Positions 1 through 11,708 of a DNA stretch of 64,000 nucleotides are shown here, piece by piece. The position numbers were made by a program, and so were the translations under genes. The notes below the pieces were generated by a model, which did no database searches, was not told the origin of the DNA, and was given only the letters and a program-made list of their open reading frames with translations. The DNA comes from Snowella sp. (GTDB lineage Bacteria > Cyanobacteriota > Cyanobacteriia > Cyanobacteriales > Microcystaceae): NCBI GenBank assembly GCA_035285545.1, contig JAYKGY010000135.1, positions 1-64,000 of the forward strand. Direction: 5' to 3'. Positions within the stretch are counted from its first letter, which is position 1; each line of letters begins with the position of its first letter.

Positions 1-2241
1 AGCGTAAATGGCTATTTATTTCTTGGCAAAAACATAACTAAGAAGAATGTGTTTGTCTCTTTTAGTCAAAAGTTTGCCAATGATCTTCCAGACAATCTAG
101 AGATTTTTTTGCTAAAAAAAACAATAGGAAAGAAAATTGTTGAGCAAAAAGAATATATTTATAACCAACTAGCTGAATATAATTTAGCTAATATTGTTGG
201 TAACGATGTTCATTATATTGATGATATTATATGGGATAGCACGATGACTGATGATAGTTTCAATCAGCCTTATAAAAGAGATGATTTTATCGATCAGAAG
301 TTGTATAAAGATGTTGAAGAAGGCGAAGACAATAATGGTACTCTTCTTTCGGAAGAGAGTATAAAATTGTTTTTAGATGATCTAGATAATGATAACTCTT
401 CATCTATTTCCGTAGTTTCTGGTTCAGGTGGTGTTGGCAAAACAACCTTTTGCGATACCTTAAAATATGCAATTTTGCGCGAGGATAAAATCCGGAAGAA
501 GGTTTTTTATATTAAGGGAGAAAGAGTTGTTGAATTTTCTATTTCTGACTCTGACAATAAAGAAATAAGATCTTTGGATGATTTATACGATCTGTATCGT
601 GAAGACACTGATGAGTTTAATAACATTTCATCTGAAGACTTTAAACTCAATTTTATCATAGGTAATATTGTTGTTATTATAGATGCAATTGAAGAAATAG
701 AATCTGCATTCAAAGAACGTTTCAATTTAAAATTATTTTTTAAATCTTTAAAATTATTACATGAGCGCTTTTTAAGAACTAAAATTATTGTTACAACAAG
801 AGAGCATTTTGTTCCGAAAATCAAAGAAATTCAAGATGAATTGTTTGTTTCGATGGATTACTATAAACTTCGTGGTTTCGAGCAATCCAATTTAGAAAAA
901 TTCTTGAAAAAAAAATATAAGAGTAATGAAAATAAAGCTCAAGAAGCTAATAGGTTTATTGAAGACAATAGGCTTTTTTATGATAATCATATTATTCCGC
1001 TGTTTGTTGATTGGGTCTGTCAGATTATTGATAGACCAGATCAAAATTTTTTGCCATCATCTAAATATTTAATTGTTAATGAATCGAAAGATAAACTTTT
1101 AATTAATTTACTTCAGCGAGAAATTAAAAAACAATCTCTTAATGTAAATGTAGATGAAATGTTTGAGCTTTTAGAATCCATTGTTATAGATTATAATGGA
1201 TCTATGCCTCAAGAAGACTTTAGTACGCACGTAGAAGTATTAAGTAGTCAAGATATTAGTAATCATCTTAAAAATCCACTTTTAATTAATGAAAATAATA
1301 AGGTCAGAATTAGATATGATATTTTACCAAATCTTATTAAGTCTCGTTCTCTTCTCTATAGTTTAGCTGGTGAAGAAGAATTAGATCTAGATACCAACAA
1401 AATCACCTTAATCTTAAAGGATTGCTATCAAGGGCAAGGAGAAATTTTTAACGAAGTTGTCCGTATCTGCAAGCAGAAAAAATTAGATATGAAGAGAATT
1501 GTTACAAGATTCATAAGAAAATTAAAGAAATCTTTCAAGAATGAAACAAAAGAAATTCAAAAAGAAAATATGCGTAAGAGTACTTCTGCTCTTCTACATT
1601 TATTAAATAAAATTCAATCTCCTAGCGATAGAAGCCAACGAATGCTAATGATTAAAGATGTATATGAATTAGCAAAATCAAATACATTATCAGGGCTTTA
1701 TATTTACGGTGATTTTGAAGCACTTGATTTTAGTAATGTTACTATTAGTGATAGCCACTTTGACAGCTATATGAATTTTCATAAAAGTAAGTTTCCAGAA
1801 GACAGCAAAGTTGTTTTTTATCACACAAAATTCAAGAAATTTAACATCCCTCAAACACAACATATTAAAAATAGCCATTTTGATTCATCTTGCATATTTA
1901 CTGATTGCAATATAGATGACATTACCAACATTAATCTTTCTAAAGAAAATAAAAAAATAGAGCAACTCAAAAAAGATATAATTACGCTTATTAGCTTTAT
2001 TGATACGAGCCAACGTTCTCTCAACTTAATCAAGCAAAAGTGTAGTATTAGTTACTCTAAGGGGATCAAAAAATTAGTAGATATTTTACTTCAAAAAGAT
2101 TTCCTTATTCTTGTTGAAAAATCTACACATAATCAAGACTTATACAAAATCAATCAGAACTTCTATGATGAAATTCCCAACATTAAGCTAGGCAATTTTC
2201 CACCTGAATTAGAAATTATGCTGGAAGAAATTGTAAAATAG
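1..2241 (+). CDS. NACHT/STAND-like P-loop NTPase, 5'-truncated by the window edge
   Basis: Frame is open from base 1. Walker A SGSGGVGKT, Walker B IVVIIDAIEE, sensor-like IIVTTR. C-terminal beta-helix-like stretch and possible winged helix. AT-rich. Confidence 0.75.
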   Translation, partial: SVNGYLFLGKNITKKNVFVSFSQKFANDLPDNLEIFLLKKTIGKKIVEQKEYIYNQLAEYNLANIVGNDVHYIDDIIWDSTMTDDSFNQPYKRDDFIDQKLYKDVEEGEDNNGTLLSEESIKLFLDDLDNDNSSSISVVSGSGGVGKTTFCDTLKYAILREDKIRKKVFYIKGERVVEFSISDSDNKEIRSLDDLYDLYREDTDEFNNISSEDFKLNFIIGNIVVIIDAIEEIESAFKERFNLKLFFKSLKLLHERFLRTKIIVTTREHFVPKIKEIQDELFVSMDYYKLRGFEQSNLEKFLKKKYKSNENKAQEANRFIEDNRLFYDNHIIPLFVDWVCQIIDRPDQNFLPSSKYLIVNESKDKLLINLLQREIKKQSLNVNVDEMFELLESIVIDYNGSMPQEDFSTHVEVLSSQDISNHLKNPLLINENNKVRIRYDILPNLIKSRSLLYSLAGEEELDLDTNKITLILKDCYQGQGEIFNEVVRICKQKKLDMKRIVTRFIRKLKKSFKNETKEIQKENMRKSTSALLHLLNKIQSPSDRSQRMLMIKDVYELAKSNTLSGLYIYGDFEALDFSNVTISDSHFDSYMNFHKSKFPEDSKVVFYHTKFKKFNIPQTQHIKNSHFDSSCIFTDCNIDDITNINLSKENKKIEQLKKDIITLISFIDTSQRSLNLIKQKCSISYSKGIKKLVDILLQKDFLILVEKSTHNQDLYKINQNFYDEIPNIKLGNFPPELEIMLEEIVK

Positions 2242-2431
2242 ATTGCGTCGAATGGGTTGGATCGCCGATCTTGTAGAGTGCTTTACTTACTGCGCTTTAA
2301 TGGTAGTGCGATCGCCACTTGTATTATTAGTTGATAAATTAAATATGGTTCACCTCAGACCCTTAAGACTATCAGAAAACTTTACAATATATCAGTACTA
2401 AACTGGTTAAAATTCGTTCGAGCAAACAGTA

Positions 2432-2674
2432 ATGATCACCGACTACATTGCCAAAGCTATGCAAAAGGCAACCTATGAGTTGCTAGAAGACGGTACTTTT
2501 TACGGAGAAATTCCTGATTGCGAAGGTGTTTGGAGTCAAGCCAACAACCTAGAAGCTTGTCGAGACAACCTGCAAGATGCTTTAGAAGGTTGGGTTATCT
2601 TGGGAATTCGTTTTGGTCATCAATTTCCCGTGCTTGATGGTATCAGCTTAAATTCATTACCAGAGGTTGCCTAA
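2432..2674 (+). CDS. hicB: HicB-family antitoxin
   Basis: 80 aa with DGTFYGEIPDCEGVWSQANNLEACRDNLQDAL, the HicB partial RNase H pattern. TAATG overlap with the downstream toxin. Confidence 0.85.
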   Translation: MITDYIAKAMQKATYELLEDGTFYGEIPDCEGVWSQANNLEACRDNLQDALEGWVILGIRFGHQFPVLDGISLNSLPEVA

Positions 2675-2892
2675 TGCCTGCTTGGAAGTCCCTAAAATGG
2701 CGAGAACTGGTTATTTTCTTGAAGAAAGCGGGCTTTGAAGGGCCTTATTCAGGCGGCAAACATCAATACTTGGTTAAGGGAGAACTCAAACTTACAATTC
2801 CTAATCCTCATCAGGGAGATATTAGCATCGGTCTATTAAGCAAAATCCTGAAACAAGCTCATATTGACCGAGATGAATGGGAAAAATTGTAG
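2674..2892 (+). CDS. hicA: HicA-family mRNA interferase toxin
   Basis: 72 aa basic protein with GF..GGKH (catalytic His), TIPNPH and ILKQA. Confidence 0.88.
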   Translation: MPAWKSLKWRELVIFLKKAGFEGPYSGGKHQYLVKGELKLTIPNPHQGDISIGLLSKILKQAHIDRDEWEKL

Positions 2893-3047
2893 CGCGATCG
2901 CCTTGATAGTTCCTACTAGATAACTTTACCCTATCGGATAAATAGATAAGTTATACCGTCTTCGTTGAAATTCCGCCTTGCTTACGAACCTAGCCATGTC
3001 TTATCATGCTCAAATAGCAGATTTTTTTAGGTGGCAATTACTAGGGT

Positions 3048-4232
3048 ATGTCGAAAATTGAAACCAGAACCGAACCCATGATCCTCAACATGGGGCCCCA
3101 TCATCCCTCAATGCACGGGGTTTTACGTCTCATTGTTACCCTAGACGGGGAAGATGTCGTGGACTGTGAACCCGTAATTGGCTATCTCCATCGGGGGATG
3201 GAAAAAATCGCCGAGAATCGCACGAATGTCATGTATGTTCCCTACGTGAGCCGCTGGGATTATGCAGAAGGGATGTTTAATGAAGCGATTACGGTGAATG
3301 CACCCGAAAAATTAGCCGATATTGAAGTCCCCAAGCGGGCCCAGTATATCCGCGTGATCATGCTGGAATTAAATCGGATTGCGAACCATTTACTGTGGCT
3401 TGGCCCCTTTATGGCGGATGTGGGCGCACAAACCCCCTTCTTCTACATTTTCCGAGAGCGGGAAATGATCTATGACCTGTGGGAAGCTGCAACAGGGCAA
3501 CGGATGGTAAACAACAATTACTTCCGTATTGGAGGAGTTGCCGTTGATTTGCCCTACGGTTGGATCGATAAATGCGAAGATTTTTGTGATTACTTCATTC
3601 CCAAAGTGGATGAATATGAAAAATTAATTACCAATAACCCCATTTTCCGTCGTCGGGTGGAAGGTGTGGGCACGATTACCCGTGAAGAAGCGATTAATTG
3701 GGGATTATCGGGCCCAATGCTACGGGGATCGGGAGTCAAATGGGATTTACGGAAAGTGGATCATTACGAATGTTACGACGATTTTGATTGGGAAGTAGCC
3801 TGGGAAACCGCAGGAGACTGCTTTGCTCGCTACCTCGTCCGTATTCGCGAAATGCGCGAATCAATTAAAATTATTCGCCAAGCTCTTAAAGGCATTCCTG
3901 GTGGCCCTTACGAAAATCTCGAAGCCAAACGGATGCAAGAGGGTAAAAAATCCCAATGGAATGATTTTCAATACCAATACATCGCCAAAAAAGTACCCCC
4001 CACCTTCAAGATTCCAAAAGGGGAACATTATGTGCGGGTCGAAAGTGGCAAGGGAGAATTTGGCATTTTTATTATTGGGAATGATGATGTCTTTCCTTGG
4101 CGTTGGAAAATTCGCGCTCCTGATTTTAATAACCTGCAAATTCTGCCCCATTTACTCAAAGGCGTGAAGGTTGCCGATATTATGCCCATTTTAGGGAGTG
4201 TTGACATTATTATGGGGTCAGTTGATCGATAA
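3048..4232 (+). CDS. ndhH: NAD(P)H-quinone oxidoreductase subunit H
   Basis: [24 protein letters not shown]-terminal GSVDR; 394 aa. Confidence 0.99.
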   Translation: MSKIETRTEPMILNMGPHHPSMHGVLRLIVTLDGEDVVDCEPVIGYLHRGMEKIAENRTNVMYVPYVSRWDYAEGMFNEAITVNAPEKLADIEVPKRAQYIRVIMLELNRIANHLLWLGPFMADVGAQTPFFYIFREREMIYDLWEAATGQRMVNNNYFRIGGVAVDLPYGWIDKCEDFCDYFIPKVDEYEKLITNNPIFRRRVEGVGTITREEAINWGLSGPMLRGSGVKWDLRKVDHYECYDDFDWEVAWETAGDCFARYLVRIREMRESIKIIRQALKGIPGGPYENLEAKRMQEGKKSQWNDFQYQYIAKKVPPTFKIPKGEHYVRVESGKGEFGIFIIGNDDVFPWRWKIRAPDFNNLQILPHLLKGVKVADIMPILGSVDIIMGSVDR

Positions 4233-4271
4233 GGCTCGTCTCTGCGATTAATTCATGTCATTAAACTCAGT

Positions 4272-4295
4272 GGGGTAGTTTTGCTACCCCTTTTT
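4272..4295 (+). terminator. Rho-independent terminator of ndhH
   Basis: GGGGTAG-tttt g-CTACCCC hairpin followed by TTTTT. Confidence 0.85.
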
Positions 4296-4530
4296 ATTGA
4301 TTGCGTATTGAGGCAATGGGCAGTCTAAGCTTTGACAAAGACCTCGCATGGATAACCTGAAATTCGTTGGGATTATTGGCGGAAATGTTGCTATTTTTTC
4401 GGGATTTACTCAGCGATCGCGCTCCTTCAAATTTTTCAAGCTGCCCAAGTAATGCTAAGATGGGCAAAATTTGATCGACCTATACTAAAATCACGCATAA
4501 AATTATCCATAGTGACTCTAGCCCCTGTCT

Positions 4531-6510
4531 GTGGGTGTGCCAATGACTATAAATTCCAATAACTTGCTCCCGTCTAATCCAACGCCTCCAACCGAACCAG
4601 AACTCTTAGCAATAGAACCCCAGGGACTTCATCAACGTCTGTTCCGTCAGCTTCAGGATACAGCAGAACGTTTTCCGCTTCAGTTTTGGGCTATTATTCT
4701 GATCTTGGTTTCTAGCGGTGTTGGCTTTGGTGCAACCGCATTGTTATTGAAGTTACCGAAAACGCCCCAGTGCTCAAGGGTTTTCTGGCCCATTGCTTCG
4801 GCTTCGATGCGACTCTACTGTGCCCAATTGTCAGCAGAAGAAAGAACGGTTGATAGTTTGCTCCGCGCAATCGAATTAGTTGCCTTTCTCCCCAAAGATC
4901 ACCCCCTTTATGGAGAAGCGAATCGCAGCATTGAAGAGTGGGCCGATGAAATTTTAGATTTGGCCGAAGAATCCTATCAAGCGGGTAAGTTAGACGAAGC
5001 CATTAAAACCGCTAAACGAATTCCCAATAATGTCCAAGCCTATAAGCTAGTAGAAGAACGCATTGCTACTTGGCAAGAGACGTGGAAAAAAGGCGAAGAA
5101 ATCTATGCCAACGTCGAGAGTAATTTACGTAAAGCCTATTGGAACGATGCTTTCCGTGAGGCAGTCAAACTGCTCAATTTAGATAACCGCTATTGGGCAA
5201 CGACGAAATACGACGAAACCATTAAAAATATTCAAATTGCTCAGGAAGAAAGCAAAAAGCTAGACGTTGCCTTTAATATTTTCCGTCGCGGTGGCATTGA
5301 TAATTGGATTCAAGCGATCGCTGAAGCATCGAAAGTCCCTTCTAGTAGTTACGCCTACGAAGAAGGACAACGCCTCATTGGAAAAGCCAAAGAAAAAATT
5401 TCGGAGTATGTTCAACAACTCATTGACGATAAGGATTGGCAAACCCTGGCGAGTACGGTGGAACGTTTACCCGAAAATATTTTTCCGGCAGAGGATTTGA
5501 GTGAATGGCAAATTTTAGCGAGTGCGGGAACCGATGCCCAGGCCGGAACCCTAGAAAGCTTACAGTCAGCGATTACGACCGCCGAAAGAATTGTCGATCA
5601 AAACCGTCCCCTGTATCAAACGACTCAGCAGTTAATCGCAGGGTGGAAAACAGAAGTTCAGGACTTGACCCTATTGGCCCAAGCTCGACAAACCGCAGAA
5701 GCCGGTACCGTTGATGCCCTCAATGCGGCGATCGCCCAAGCCCAGCAAATTCCCAGTTCCAACGCTCGCTATCGAGATGCCCGTCAGGATATTGCTAACT
5801 GGACAAGACAAGTACAAGTTACGGAAGATAGTCCGATTCTCAACAAAGCTAAAGAACTCGCGGCTTCAGGGAATATCACCGATCTCAAACAAGCCATTAG
5901 TCAAGCGAATTTAATTAATCGCGATCGCGCCCTTTACAGTGAAGCTCGCCAAGAAATCCAAGGTTGGCGCACCACCGTAGAAACCCAAGAAGATCAACCC
6001 ATTCTCGATCAGGCGATCGCCTTGGCCAATACCCAGGATTATCAATCGGCCATTAGCACTGCATCCCAAATTGGTTCAGGTCGCGCCCTCCATTCCCAAG
6101 CCCAAAAGAATATCCGCCGTTGGCAATCGGAAATCCAATCTCAAAGAGACCTCCAAAGGGCTAATTCCCTAGCAGCACGACGCACCCCCGATTCCCTCGT
6201 TGCCGCCATTCGCCTAGTTAACCGCATTCCTTCCTCCACCGAAGCCGGATCTCAACGAACCCAATCGATCAACAACTGGAGCTACCAACTTTTAGCCCTG
6301 GCGCAAGAAAAGGCAAGTGTATCTGCTTATTCCGAAGCCATTCGTTTAGCCCGTTTAATTCCGAAAGATAGCTCTGCTTATAGTACTGCGCGGGATTTAA
6401 TGACTGATTGGAAAGGTCTGATAGCCCCACCGCCGACTCCTGTGGCAGACCCCGTTAGTATGCCCTTGCCTTCTAGCCCTGATTTAGATACTCCCCTTTC
6501 TTCTCCTTAG
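4531..6510 (+). CDS. Membrane-anchored helical-repeat protein (cyanobacterial conserved; family often annotated as chromosome segregation ATPase)
   Basis: N-terminal TM helix, repeated A..IP..S..Y..A...I..W units, Pro-rich tail, no Walker A. Start may be ATG 4543. Confidence 0.65.
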   Translation: MGVPMTINSNNLLPSNPTPPTEPELLAIEPQGLHQRLFRQLQDTAERFPLQFWAIILILVSSGVGFGATALLLKLPKTPQCSRVFWPIASASMRLYCAQLSAEERTVDSLLRAIELVAFLPKDHPLYGEANRSIEEWADEILDLAEESYQAGKLDEAIKTAKRIPNNVQAYKLVEERIATWQETWKKGEEIYANVESNLRKAYWNDAFREAVKLLNLDNRYWATTKYDETIKNIQIAQEESKKLDVAFNIFRRGGIDNWIQAIAEASKVPSSSYAYEEGQRLIGKAKEKISEYVQQLIDDKDWQTLASTVERLPENIFPAEDLSEWQILASAGTDAQAGTLESLQSAITTAERIVDQNRPLYQTTQQLIAGWKTEVQDLTLLAQARQTAEAGTVDALNAAIAQAQQIPSSNARYRDARQDIANWTRQVQVTEDSPILNKAKELAASGNITDLKQAISQANLINRDRALYSEARQEIQGWRTTVETQEDQPILDQAIALANTQDYQSAISTASQIGSGRALHSQAQKNIRRWQSEIQSQRDLQRANSLAARRTPDSLVAAIRLVNRIPSSTEAGSQRTQSINNWSYQLLALAQEKASVSAYSEAIRLARLIPKDSSAYSTARDLMTDWKGLIAPPPTPVADPVSMPLPSSPDLDTPLSSP

Positions 6511-6557
6511 TTTCGATAAAATAGAAAGATTAACATCGCGTCTGAATCGCAAGCACC

Positions 6558-6821
6558 ATGGCTATTTTTATCAATTTTGTAATTTCCCTCATCATGGCCT
6601 TGTGGTTTGGGACGCTTGCCGTATTCGCCATTCAAAATGTCACCCCAACAGCCTTAAGGTTCACTTTCTGGGAATCCATTCAATTACCCATTAGTATTTT
6701 ATTGATCTTTTGTTTTGGTGTTGGTTTAGTTTTAGGGGCACTGATGCCGATCCTCTGGCAGCGATCGCAAAAACGACGACCCCGTTTAGAAGATTTTGAT
6801 GAATTTGACTTTGAAGCCTAA
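6558..6821 (+). CDS. LapA/DUF1049-family small membrane protein
   Basis: Two TM helices flanking FAIQN...F...S.QLP; charged tail. Confidence 0.7.
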   Translation: MAIFINFVISLIMALWFGTLAVFAIQNVTPTALRFTFWESIQLPISILLIFCFGVGLVLGALMPILWQRSQKRRPRLEDFDEFDFEA

Positions 6822-6857
6822 GCAGACCGAGATTAGCCAAGATTAACTTTGGGGGGG

Positions 6858-8582
6858 CTAGCTAAAGGCGATCGCGGCTCCTGCATTATCAGACGGAAAT
6901 AAACGCCATTTTCCTTCTCCTAGAATTTCCAACACGAACTGATGGTAAGGAATGAGGGTTGGACGATGACCCACACTAATATAGGTGATGTCGTCATCTC
7001 GCAACATTTGATAGAGGTGTTTTTCATTAGCCACATCCAATGCACTGGTAGATTCATCTAAAACCGCATAGCGGGGGGAATGGAGAAACAATCGGGCAAA
7101 TCCCAAACGTTGCTGTTCTCCCAGGGATAAGACATCGGCCCAATCGAGTACCGTATCTAAGCCACCGACCCGTTCAATTAAATTACCTAAATTCACTTGC
7201 GCTAATACTTCCTGAAGACGAGCATCGGTAAATTTCTGTTGAGTATGGGGATACAAAATTTGTTTGCGTAACGAGCCTAATACCATGTAGGGACGCTGGG
7301 GGATAAAAAGCATTTCTGTGGTTGCAGGACGATAAATATAGCCATCCCCTTGATGCCACAGTCCCGCAACGGCTCGTAAAATCGAACTTTTGCCTAAACC
7401 CGATGCGCCCATCACTAAAATTCCTTCACTATCAGGCACTTCAGCAGACAGATTAGTAACAAGGGTACGCTTTTGATCGGGGGTCTGAACAGTTAAATGG
7501 CTTAAAACAAGACGGGGTTCGATGATAGTCTCAATAACGGCTGATGGGGCCTGTTTAGCGATCGGTTTCTCCTGCTTAATAAAATAATCTTCCAAACTCC
7601 CCAAGCGTTTTAAAACCGCAGCAAATTGGGTTAAGCTGTTGAAATTACTAGAAAACCAGTTAAATACCCCAACAACGTGGCCGAAGGCAGCAACAGAAAG
7701 TTGAAAATCCCCCAGTTCTACTTCTCCATTGAAATAACGAGGAGCCAACAGCAGGGTACAAATTAAGTTGGTGAGAATACTGAGGGCAAATTTAAAAGCA
7801 CTTAAGGCCCCATTCGGGAGAATTTTGGCATTAAGAACGGATAACAGGCGCGAAAATCGAGAACCGACTTCCCCTCTTTCTTGAGCTTCTCCTTCATAAA
7901 AGGCGATCGCTTCACTATTGTTACGGACATGAACTAAGCTATAGCGAAAATCGGCTTCGTATTCTAGGGATTTAAAATTGAGTGGCGTTAAAACCCGACC
8001 GAGCAAATAGGAAATCAACGTTTGTAAAATCGCAGTTCCAATGGCAATAAACACCAGATAATTATTGATATTCCATAAAGTGCCAATATATAAAAATCCA
8101 CCGATCAATGTGCCACTAAGTCCCAAGACATAGCCCAAGGATTGATCGATAAAGGCCGTAATATCTTGGGAAATCCGTTGGTCAGGGTTATCAATGGCTT
8201 TATCACTATTAATGCTATAAAAAACGCGATTTTTAAAGTATCGATCTAAAAAGTTATTGGTTAACCATTGCCGCCAGTACAATTTAAACTTTTGTTCAAT
8301 AACCGATTGGCTGAGGGCTAAGAGAATAACACCTGCGAGTAACCCTGTTGAAATGAGCAGGGCCGCTTTATAAGCTGCAAAATCCTTCTGACTTAAGGCC
8401 GTAGTGATTTTAGCACCATAAATGGCAGATTGTAGCCCCAGTGGACGACTAACGACCGTGAAGAGAAGGACAATGGTTAACAGTCCCCAAGAACGCCACC
8501 AGGCCGCAGAGACAAAGTAAATTTTGGCGATCTGCCAAAACCATCGCAGAAATTGTTGAAGTTGTTTAATTTTTTCAGCCAT
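6858..8582 (-). CDS. Fused ABC transporter permease/ATPase, ABCD (ABC_membrane_2; YddA/BacA/Rv1819c-like) type
   Basis: DNPDQRI and EAA (NSEAIAFYEG) motifs, Walker A GASGLGKS, signature LSLGEQQR, Walker B VLDES, SVGH. Likely start ATG 8582 (MAEKIKQ), not 8705. Confidence 0.9.
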   Translation of the reverse strand: MAEKIKQLQQFLRWFWQIAKIYFVSAAWWRSWGLLTIVLLFTVVSRPLGLQSAIYGAKITTALSQKDFAAYKAALLISTGLLAGVILLALSQSVIEQKFKLYWRQWLTNNFLDRYFKNRVFYSINSDKAIDNPDQRISQDITAFIDQSLGYVLGLSGTLIGGFLYIGTLWNINNYLVFIAIGTAILQTLISYLLGRVLTPLNFKSLEYEADFRYSLVHVRNNSEAIAFYEGEAQERGEVGSRFSRLLSVLNAKILPNGALSAFKFALSILTNLICTLLLAPRYFNGEVELGDFQLSVAAFGHVVGVFNWFSSNFNSLTQFAAVLKRLGSLEDYFIKQEKPIAKQAPSAVIETIIEPRLVLSHLTVQTPDQKRTLVTNLSAEVPDSEGILVMGASGLGKSSILRAVAGLWHQGDGYIYRPATTEMLFIPQRPYMVLGSLRKQILYPHTQQKFTDARLQEVLAQVNLGNLIERVGGLDTVLDWADVLSLGEQQRLGFARLFLHSPRYAVLDESTSALDVANEKHLYQMLRDDDITYISVGHRPTLIPYHQFVLEILGEGKWRLFPSDNAGAAIAFS

Positions 8583-8613
8583 TACAGATGGGAAACTCGG
8601 ATTGAACTCATAC

Positions 8614-9003
8614 TTAAAGAACAGAAGCAAACATGGGGGCAAAAGGAATGGGATTCTTGTCCATTTCTGCTTTAAAGGCCGCGATCGCCTCTGGGGTAAG
8701 TTCAATTTCTAGGGCAGCTAAGACTTCCAACATTTTGACTTTGTAAGTATTTTTTAGACTGGCCTCAAAGGCGGGGTCTTTAACTTTGGCTGCGATCGCT
8801 GCAACTTCCTCGTAATTTTCGGCACTAGCGGGGTCTGGTGGCGTTGCGTTATCAGTAAATTTTCCAAGTTGAGCCATCACCTCTGGTGTTAGCTTAAAGC
8901 CTAATTTGTCTAATTCTTCCCTGACACTGGCCATATAGGTCATCAGATAGCTATTTTGCATGCCTGAGCCAGTCAATTTGGCCACAATTTCAGTCGTATT
9001 CAT
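8614..9003 (-). CDS. Small acidic protein with two tandem NHLP/Nif11-leader-like units
   Basis: Likely start ATG 9003 (MNTTEIV). Internal ungapped repeat; second unit contains KVKDPAFEASLK..VLAALEIELTPE. Confidence 0.6.
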   Translation of the reverse strand: MNTTEIVAKLTGSGMQNSYLMTYMASVREELDKLGFKLTPEVMAQLGKFTDNATPPDPASAENYEEVAAIAAKVKDPAFEASLKNTYKVKMLEVLAALEIELTPEAIAAFKAEMDKNPIPFAPMFASVL

Positions 9004-9247
9004 CGTGAGAAAACAATAACAACAGTTAATATGAAATATCAACCTTAAAAAAGTTCCAAATTAGGACAAATAGAATAACGCTGGCGAAATACCGCCTGTA
9101 AGGTCGGATGTAACTCGAATGACAACCGAAAGCGAGAGGCTTGAAGTTTTCTTTTTTCAAATCCCTATTGACTTTGCTCCTTCACCGCCCTGAATTTTTT
9201 GCAAATTATTGCTAATATAGCCTTATTGCCCCGTTAGGAGAATATTT

Positions 9248-9997
9248 ATGTATCAAACCGCCCTACAATTCTCCGAAAAAATGCCCGATGCTCGTTTCTT
9301 GATGAGTGATGAACCTGAAATGGAAAGTTCTCTCCATTATGCCCAATTACTACTGCTTGTAACCTGTTTAGAATGGTTTTGGCGCGATAGAAAGGATTAT
9401 TTTATTGGAGCAAATTTGACCATTTATTTTAGTCGGCAGCAATTGAAAAATCGGGATTTTCGGGGCCCAGACTTTTTCTTGGTCAATGGGGTTAGTAATC
9501 ATCCCCGACCTTCCTGGGTCGTTTGGGAAGAGGATGGCCAATATCCCAATTTAATTATTGAATTATTATCCGACAGTACAGAAAATGTAGACCGAACCAT
9601 TAAGAAACAGCTTTATCAAGACCGCTTTAGAACACCTGAATACTTTTGGTTTTCTCCTGAAAGCTTGGAATTTATGGGTTATCGGCTCATCGGCCATCAA
9701 TATGAAGAAATTCCCTTAACTCTTACCAATCAACGATGGAGCGAGGAACTTCAACTGTATTTGGGCATTGAGCAAGGCAAATTACGGTACTTTACGCCAA
9801 ATCAAGAATTAGTGCCTACACCCCAAGAAGCGGCTTTACAAGAAATCGCGATCGCGGAAATAGCCCAACAACAAGCTCAAATAGCCCAGCAGCAAGCCCA
9901 GATAGCCCAACAAGAAGCCCAACAAGAAAAATTACGAGCGGAAACGTTAGCTGATTATTTGCGATCCTTGGGGGTTGATCCCGATCAAATCCAGTAA
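9248..9997 (+). CDS. Uma2-family (DUF820) putative endonuclease
   Basis: GPDFF, PNLIIELLS, EYFWF motifs; coiled-coil tail ending LRSLGVDPD; AGGAG RBS. Confidence 0.92.
   Translation: MYQTALQFSEKMPDARFLMSDEPEMESSLHYAQLLLLVTCLEWFWRDRKDYFIGANLTIYFSRQQLKNRDFRGPDFFLVNGVSNHPRPSWVVWEEDGQYPNLIIELLSDSTENVDRTIKKQLYQDRFRTPEYFWFSPESLEFMGYRLIGHQYEEIPLTLTNQRWSEELQLYLGIEQGKLRYFTPNQELVPTPQEAALQEIAIAEIAQQQAQIAQQQAQIAQQEAQQEKLRAETLADYLRSLGVDPDQIQ
9860..9922 (+). repeat. 3 x 21-nt in-frame tandem repeat (IAQQQAQ)
   Basis: atagcccaacaacaagctcaa / atagcccagcagcaagcccag / atagcccaacaagaagcccaa. Confidence 0.9.
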
Positions 9998-11632
<1,635 letters not shown>

Positions 11633-11708
11633 GCGCGATGAATGAGGAAACGATAGCTTCCTTTAATTTTTCACTGACAAAACGACATCTTGAATGAGAC
11701 AATGCTAA

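Noticed and set aside
4531..6510. ATPase function for the helical-repeat protein
   Set aside because: No Walker A/B motifs visible.
8583..8705. Long N-terminal extension of the ABC transporter in the ORF track
   Set aside because: It overlaps the upstream ORF in another frame; ATG 8582 gives a normal start.
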